Positions 6,679 through 10,990 of a DNA stretch of 10,990 nt are shown here, one piece after another (the first letter of the stretch is position 1; each line of letters starts with the position of its first letter). Both the position numbers and the translations under genes were made by a program. Source of the DNA: Archangiaceae bacterium (GTDB lineage Bacteria > Myxococcota > Myxococcia > Myxococcales > Myxococcaceae); the NCBI GenBank assembly GCA_043750125.1, contig JAYVCD010000046.1, forward strand, positions 1-10,990. The letters run 5' to 3'. The notes under the pieces were generated by a model. That model was not told where the DNA came from, ran no database searches, and was given only the letters and a program-made list of their open reading frames with translations.

Positions 6679-7812
6679 ATGGACCGCCTGACCAACGTCA
6701 TCCAGCCGTACGCCTGGGGCTCGAAAGAGCTGCTCGCCCGATTGTGCGGGCGCCCCCCTTCCGAGATGCCCGAGGCCGAGCTGTGGATGGGGGCCCACCC
6801 CCTGGCCCCTTCGCGGGTGGGAAATCGGACCCTGCTGGAAGTGATTGAAGCGGCGCCCGAGCTCACGCTGGGGCCCCGGGTCGTTCAGCGCTATGGCCGC
6901 AAGCTGCCCTACCTGCTCAAGCTGCTCGCGGCCGCGCAGCCGCTGTCGCTGCAGGCCCACCCCAGCCTCCGTCAGGCCCGCGAGGGCTACGAGGCTGAGA
7001 ACGCGCTGGGAATTCCACTCTCCGCGGCCCACCGAAATTACAAGGACCCCAACCACAAGCCCGAGCTGCTCTGCGCGGTGACTGCGTTCAAGGCGCTGTG
7101 CGGCTTTCGAAATGTCGCCGAGACGGTGAGTCTGTTCGAAGCGCTGGGGCAGGGGGGGCTGGCGGCGCGAATCAAGGTCAGCCTGAAGGCGGCCTTCGAG
7201 TGGTTGATGGGGTTGCCCAAACCCGAAGCGGTTGCGTTGGTCGAAGCGGTGATCGCCGCGTGCCAGCACCACACCGGCCGCTGGCAAGACGAGTGCTCGA
7301 ATGCGATCGCGCTGCAGAAGCTCTACCCGGGCGACGTGGGGGTGGTGAGCGCCCTGTGGCTGAACTTCCTCGAGCTGAAGCCCGGCGAGGCGGTCTACCT
7401 GCCCGCCGGAAATCTCCACGCCTATCTGGGCGGGCTGGGCGTCGAGGTGATGGCCAACTCGGACAACGTCCTGCGCGGAGGGCTCACCCCCAAGCACGTC
7501 GATGTCCCCGAGCTGCTCAAGGTCCTCGACTTCCGAGCGGGGCCGGTGAGCATCGTCCACCCGGTACAGGACGGCGAGGAAGAGGTGTACGTCACCGCCG
7601 CTTCCGAGTTCCGGCTCTCGCGATTCACGCTCGAGCGCCGCAGCGCGCAGCCCACGCGGCGGGGCGTCGAGATTTTAGTCTGCACCGAAGGAAGAATCAC
7701 CGTGGGCTCGATTGCGCTGCGCAGCGGCGAGTCGGTGCTGGTTTCAGCCCACGAGGGCCTCTACGCGATTTCCGGGCAGGGGGTCGTGTACCGCGTGACC
7801 GTCAACGACTGA
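6679..7812 (+). CDS. manA: Mannose-6-phosphate isomerase, class I
   Basis: Motifs YAWGS, ELWMGAHP, PLSLQAHP, YKDPNHKPEL, LHAYLGG and MANSDNVLRGGLTPKHVDV. The true start is ATG 6679 (MDRLTN), not 6505. Confidence 0.96.
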   Translation: MDRLTNVIQPYAWGSKELLARLCGRPPSEMPEAELWMGAHPLAPSRVGNRTLLEVIEAAPELTLGPRVVQRYGRKLPYLLKLLAAAQPLSLQAHPSLRQAREGYEAENALGIPLSAAHRNYKDPNHKPELLCAVTAFKALCGFRNVAETVSLFEALGQGGLAARIKVSLKAAFEWLMGLPKPEAVALVEAVIAACQHHTGRWQDECSNAIALQKLYPGDVGVVSALWLNFLELKPGEAVYLPAGNLHAYLGGLGVEVMANSDNVLRGGLTPKHVDVPELLKVLDFRAGPVSIVHPVQDGEEEVYVTAASEFRLSRFTLERRSAQPTRRGVEILVCTEGRITVGSIALRSGESVLVSAHEGLYAISGQGVVYRVTVND

Positions 7813-7927
7813 AAAGGGAAAGACCCCGCGACGCCCGATGTGATCCTCGGCGCGCTCTCGTAACTGAAGACACCAGGGGCAGCGCGGGGTTTGATGCGGC
7901 TGAAACTTCAGCCGAGGGGAAAACTTC

Positions 7928-8773
7928 ATGTCCGTGCGTCAGAGTGCAGTCGCGCTGCTGCTGTTGAGCTCAACCGTGTCCTGGGGGCAGGGCAAAGACG
8001 TCCCGATGGTGAAGCTGCCCAACGAAGGGCCCAGCCGCGTGTACCTGGGCTCGATGGAAGACGCGCTCGAGGCCTCGGTGCAGGCGGCGGCGTCGCTGGG
8101 CCTGGAAGTGACCCGCGCTCCGGACGGCACGGTGTTCATCGCCAGCCCTTCGTCCTGGACCCGTCCGGTCGACGGGATCGCGTTCACCCGCACTTTCGTG
8201 GTCCGGGCGCGCACCCTGAGCGGCAAAGAGACCGAGGTCACCGTCGAAGAAGAAAGCCGGGGCCGAGACAAGGATCCGTACGCCGACAAGCGGGTGGGCA
8301 TCTTCCACGAACGGATCGCCGCATCGGTCGGCGAGCTGCGCCCGAAGAAGCCGTTGATCCCCAAGCACACGCTGGAAATGCAGGGCGAGGCGACGCTGGT
8401 CAAGCAGTCCGACCTGCTGGTGATGCGCACCGCCGAAGACACCGAGACCCTGCGCGCCTGGAACCTGGGCTTTGCCCGCAGCAACCCGATCAACACCGTC
8501 GAATGGAAGTTGAAGGGCGATGTTCCGCTCCACTTCACTCCGCTGTCCGAACGGCGGCTGCTGGTGATGGAAGGCTCGGTGCGCATCGCCGTCGGCACCC
8601 GCACCTTCTGGGTCTTCGCGGGCGACTTCGTCGTGGTGCCCAAAGCAGTCCGCACCCAGCTGTGGCTGGACAAGGACGCGCGCGCGACCCTGTTCGTCGT
8701 CGAGACGCCCGCGGTCGATGACACCAAGACCGTCTGGCTGGAAGGGAAGGGGAGCAAGGCTTCCCAGCGCTAG
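7928..8773 (+). CDS. Secreted hypothetical protein with a C-terminal cupin-like domain
   Basis: Signal-like MSVRQSAVALLLLSSTVSWG and an AGGGGA RBS. The C-terminal PLHFTPLSERRLLVMEGSVRIAVG...AGDFVVVPKAVRT has cupin motif spacing. Confidence 0.7.
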   Translation: MSVRQSAVALLLLSSTVSWGQGKDVPMVKLPNEGPSRVYLGSMEDALEASVQAAASLGLEVTRAPDGTVFIASPSSWTRPVDGIAFTRTFVVRARTLSGKETEVTVEEESRGRDKDPYADKRVGIFHERIAASVGELRPKKPLIPKHTLEMQGEATLVKQSDLLVMRTAEDTETLRAWNLGFARSNPINTVEWKLKGDVPLHFTPLSERRLLVMEGSVRIAVGTRTFWVFAGDFVVVPKAVRTQLWLDKDARATLFVVETPAVDDTKTVWLEGKGSKASQR

Positions 8774-8774
8774 G

Positions 8775-9917
8775 TCATTTCGTCAGGTAGTCCGCCAGCG
8801 CCTGCGCGCGAGAGACCAGGGTCTTCACCTCGATGTACTCGTCGACGGTGTGAAAGCCCTTTCCGCGCGGGCCGAGCGCGTCGATCGACGGGATTCCCAT
8901 CGCCGAGGCGGTGCAGGCATCCGAGCCTCCTCCCACCCGCGGCGCTTCGTCTGCCGCCAGGCCATGCGCGCGGGCGCATTGGGCGTAGGCATTCATCAGC
9001 GCCACGCTCGCGTCGGTTCGTTCCATCGGAAGCCGGGCCGGCCCGCGGACGACCTCGAGCCTCGTCCCCTTCACGTCACCGGCCGCAGACTCGGCTGCGG
9101 ACTGCAGCTCTTTCACCAGCCATTCGGCGTCGGCTTTGACCCCAAAGCGGATGTCGAGATCGGCCACCGCGTGATCCGGCACCGTGTTCTTTCCCTGCCC
9201 GCCGCTGATCTTCCCCACGTTGACGGTAATCCCCCGGGGGTAGTCGGTGAGCCGTTGGGCCTGGTCGACGAACCGACTGAGCGCCCAGATCGCGTTGCTT
9301 CCGTCCGCGTGGTTGTTGCCCGCGTGCGCCGCCTTCCCTTGCGCGGTGACCGTGATCGAGCCGGTGCCCTTGCGCTGGGTGACGATCGCGTCGTTGCTTC
9401 GGCCCGATTCGAAGACCAGGCAGCTGCGGGCATCGAGAATTTCTCTCTCGATCAGCGGCCGGCCTTCCGGAGACCCCACCTCTTCATCTGCGACCACCAC
9501 GATGCGCAGCGGCGCGATTTTTCCCAGCCCGATTGTGCGGGCGATGGCCTTCAGCGCCCAGGCGATCACCACCAGCCCGCCTTTCATGTCGAGCACGCCC
9601 GGGCCGCGGCGCAGCTCTCCGTCGATTCGGTAGCCTTCGAACTTGCCCGGGGGAAAGACGGTGTCGAGGTGACCCAGCAGCGCGATGGGAGCGGTGCCCG
9701 CTGCGCCGGTAGATCGAAACACGAGGTGGTCTGCGTACCGGGTGCTGGCGACGCTCTGGGCAGACAGCCCCTCGATCGCGAACACTTCCCGCAGCAACGA
9801 GCCGACCTTTCGCCCCCCTTCGGGGTTGTCGGTGAAGCTGTTGATGTTCACCAGGGCTGCGAGCGCCTGTTCCATCGCCGGCAGCTCGGTGCTCAGCCAT
9901 TCGCTTTGCAGGGTCAT
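8775..9917 (-). CDS. M20 family metallopeptidase, carboxypeptidase G2-like
   Basis: Motifs GHLDTV, GVLDMKGG, DEEVGS, VFES, GKAAHAG, GGSD and FHTVDEYI. No signal peptide is evident. Confidence 0.92.
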   Translation of the reverse strand: MTLQSEWLSTELPAMEQALAALVNINSFTDNPEGGRKVGSLLREVFAIEGLSAQSVASTRYADHLVFRSTGAAGTAPIALLGHLDTVFPPGKFEGYRIDGELRRGPGVLDMKGGLVVIAWALKAIARTIGLGKIAPLRIVVVADEEVGSPEGRPLIEREILDARSCLVFESGRSNDAIVTQRKGTGSITVTAQGKAAHAGNNHADGSNAIWALSRFVDQAQRLTDYPRGITVNVGKISGGQGKNTVPDHAVADLDIRFGVKADAEWLVKELQSAAESAAGDVKGTRLEVVRGPARLPMERTDASVALMNAYAQCARAHGLAADEAPRVGGGSDACTASAMGIPSIDALGPRGKGFHTVDEYIEVKTLVSRAQALADYLTK

Positions 9918-9996
9918 GATTTTGCAGTCCTATTTCGATTCGAACCGTGACGGGGTGGACGTGATGGGTTAGAGCACTTGAAGGGGCGTGATCAAA

Positions 9997-10990
9997 ATGA
10001 TGCTGGTGCGGGACGTTCAAAAGACTGACCTGCCTGGCCTGAAGCGGCTCGCGGCGGTGCTCAACAGCGTCAACCTGCCCAACAACGAAGAGGTCCTTCA
10101 CAACCTGATCGACCGTTCGGTGCGCAGCTTCAGCGCGAAAATCAAAGAGCCGTTCGAGCGCGAGTACCTGTTCGTCCTCGAGGACGCGCGGCATCGATCG
10201 ATCATCGGCACCTCGATGGTGATCGCCCAGCACGGCACCCGCGAAGCACCCCACATCTACTTCCAGGTCACCGATTCCGAGCACTACTCGGCGAGCATCA
10301 ACCGGCACTTCAAACACAAGGTGCTTTCGATTGGGTACAACTACGACGGGCCGACCGAGATTGGCGGGCTGGTCGTCGACCCTCCCCATCGGTCGGGCCT
10401 CGAGAAGCCCGGAAAGCAGCTCTCGTTCGTCCGCTTCCTGTTCCTCGCGATGCACCGCAGGTTGTTTCGCGATCGCGTGCTCGCCGAGCTGATGCCCCCG
10501 CTGCTCAAAGACGGACGCAGCCTGTTGTGGGAAAGCATCGGGAAGAAATTCACCGGCCTCGACTACCGTGAAGCCGACAAGCTCTCGCGGCGGAACAAGG
10601 AATTCATCAAGGAACTGTTCCCCTCGTCCGACCTCTACGCCTCGCTGTTTCCCGAGCGCGCGCAGAAGCTGATCGGAGAAGTGGGCTCAGACACCCGCGG
10701 CGTGCAGCGCATGCTCGAGCGCATCGGCTTTCGCTACGTGAACCACATCGACCCGTTCGATGGCGGCCCTCACTACGAAGCCGACGTGAAGGACATCACG
10801 TTGATCCGCCGGCACCGCACCGCGAAGCTGTCGCCCGACGACTTCGAGCTCGACGAAGGCGACGACATGCTCGTCGGCCTCGAGCGCGCGTCGGGCAAGA
10901 ATCGGTTTCGCGCGGTGCGCTGCTCGGTGCGCTTCGAAGACCAGGTCGTGCATCTGCCCGCGCGCGCCAAGGATCTGCTCGAAGCAAAGC
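9997..10990 (+). CDS. astA: Arginine N-succinyltransferase (partial, runs off the window; missing from the ORF track)
   Basis: The frame is open from ATG 9997 (GTG 9988 possible) to the end: MMLVRDVQKTDLPGL...NLP...YLFVLED...IIGTS...GPTEIGGL...GKQLSFVRFLF...LAEL...EADKLS...FIKELFP...GF...IDPFDGGP. Confidence 0.93.
   Translation, partial: MMLVRDVQKTDLPGLKRLAAVLNSVNLPNNEEVLHNLIDRSVRSFSAKIKEPFEREYLFVLEDARHRSIIGTSMVIAQHGTREAPHIYFQVTDSEHYSASINRHFKHKVLSIGYNYDGPTEIGGLVVDPPHRSGLEKPGKQLSFVRFLFLAMHRRLFRDRVLAELMPPLLKDGRSLLWESIGKKFTGLDYREADKLSRRNKEFIKELFPSSDLYASLFPERAQKLIGEVGSDTRGVQRMLERIGFRYVNHIDPFDGGPHYEADVKDITLIRRHRTAKLSPDDFELDEGDDMLVGLERASGKNRFRAVRCSVRFEDQVVHLPARAKDLLEAK

Noticed and set aside
6505..6866. 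ORF-track N-terminal extensions making ahpC (to 6866) and manA (from 6505) overlap
   Set aside because: Family-typical N-termini begin at ATG 6539 (ahpC, with RBS) and ATG 6679 (manA), leaving a normal 139-bp divergent gap.
7864..7906. Hammerhead ribozyme suggested by CTGAAGA and a downstream GAAAC
   Set aside because: Stem II cannot close (C opposite U), and no stem I/III arrangement gives a valid UH cleavage site.
2125..10455. Long antisense or alternative-frame ORFs (e.g. 2125..3423-, 4652..5710+, 6595..7560-, 7939..8757-, 8718..9950+, 9484..10455-)
   Set aside because: They are shadows of recognisable genes, expected in high-GC DNA, and have no motifs of their own.
1..10990. CRISPR array, tRNA or rRNA
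   Set aside because: I saw no regularly spaced direct repeats, cloverleaf or rRNA-like sequence.

Overview
GC-rich window that looks myxobacterial (a MYXO-CTERM-like sorting tail is present). It has two parts. The left ~3.7 kb is a patchwork of decayed fragments, all on the + strand. In order, it holds the 3' end of a class D-like (RmInt1-type) group II intron, the C-terminal remnant of an ECF sigma factor with a fused zf-HC2-like domain, an intact rhodanese, and an internally deleted SoxB/5'-nucleotidase-like gene. It continues with the 3' end of a second, different (class E-like) group II intron and a probably frameshifted secreted PKD-like/MYXO-CTERM protein gene. The right ~7.3 kb is intact. 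It has a minus-strand ahpC-ahpD-(sphingomyelin-synthase-like PAP2)-(GNAT-like) cluster, a divergent manA, a secreted degenerate-cupin protein, and a carboxypeptidase G2-like M20 peptidase divergent from astA, which runs off the window. I see no complete new system that the sequence alone proves. The best leads are the two 5'-truncated introns bracketing a collapsed sulfur/redox locus, the SMS-like and GNAT genes coupled to ahpCD, and the M20 enzyme as a possible AstE substitute. All family calls come from motifs recognised by eye; no database search was run.
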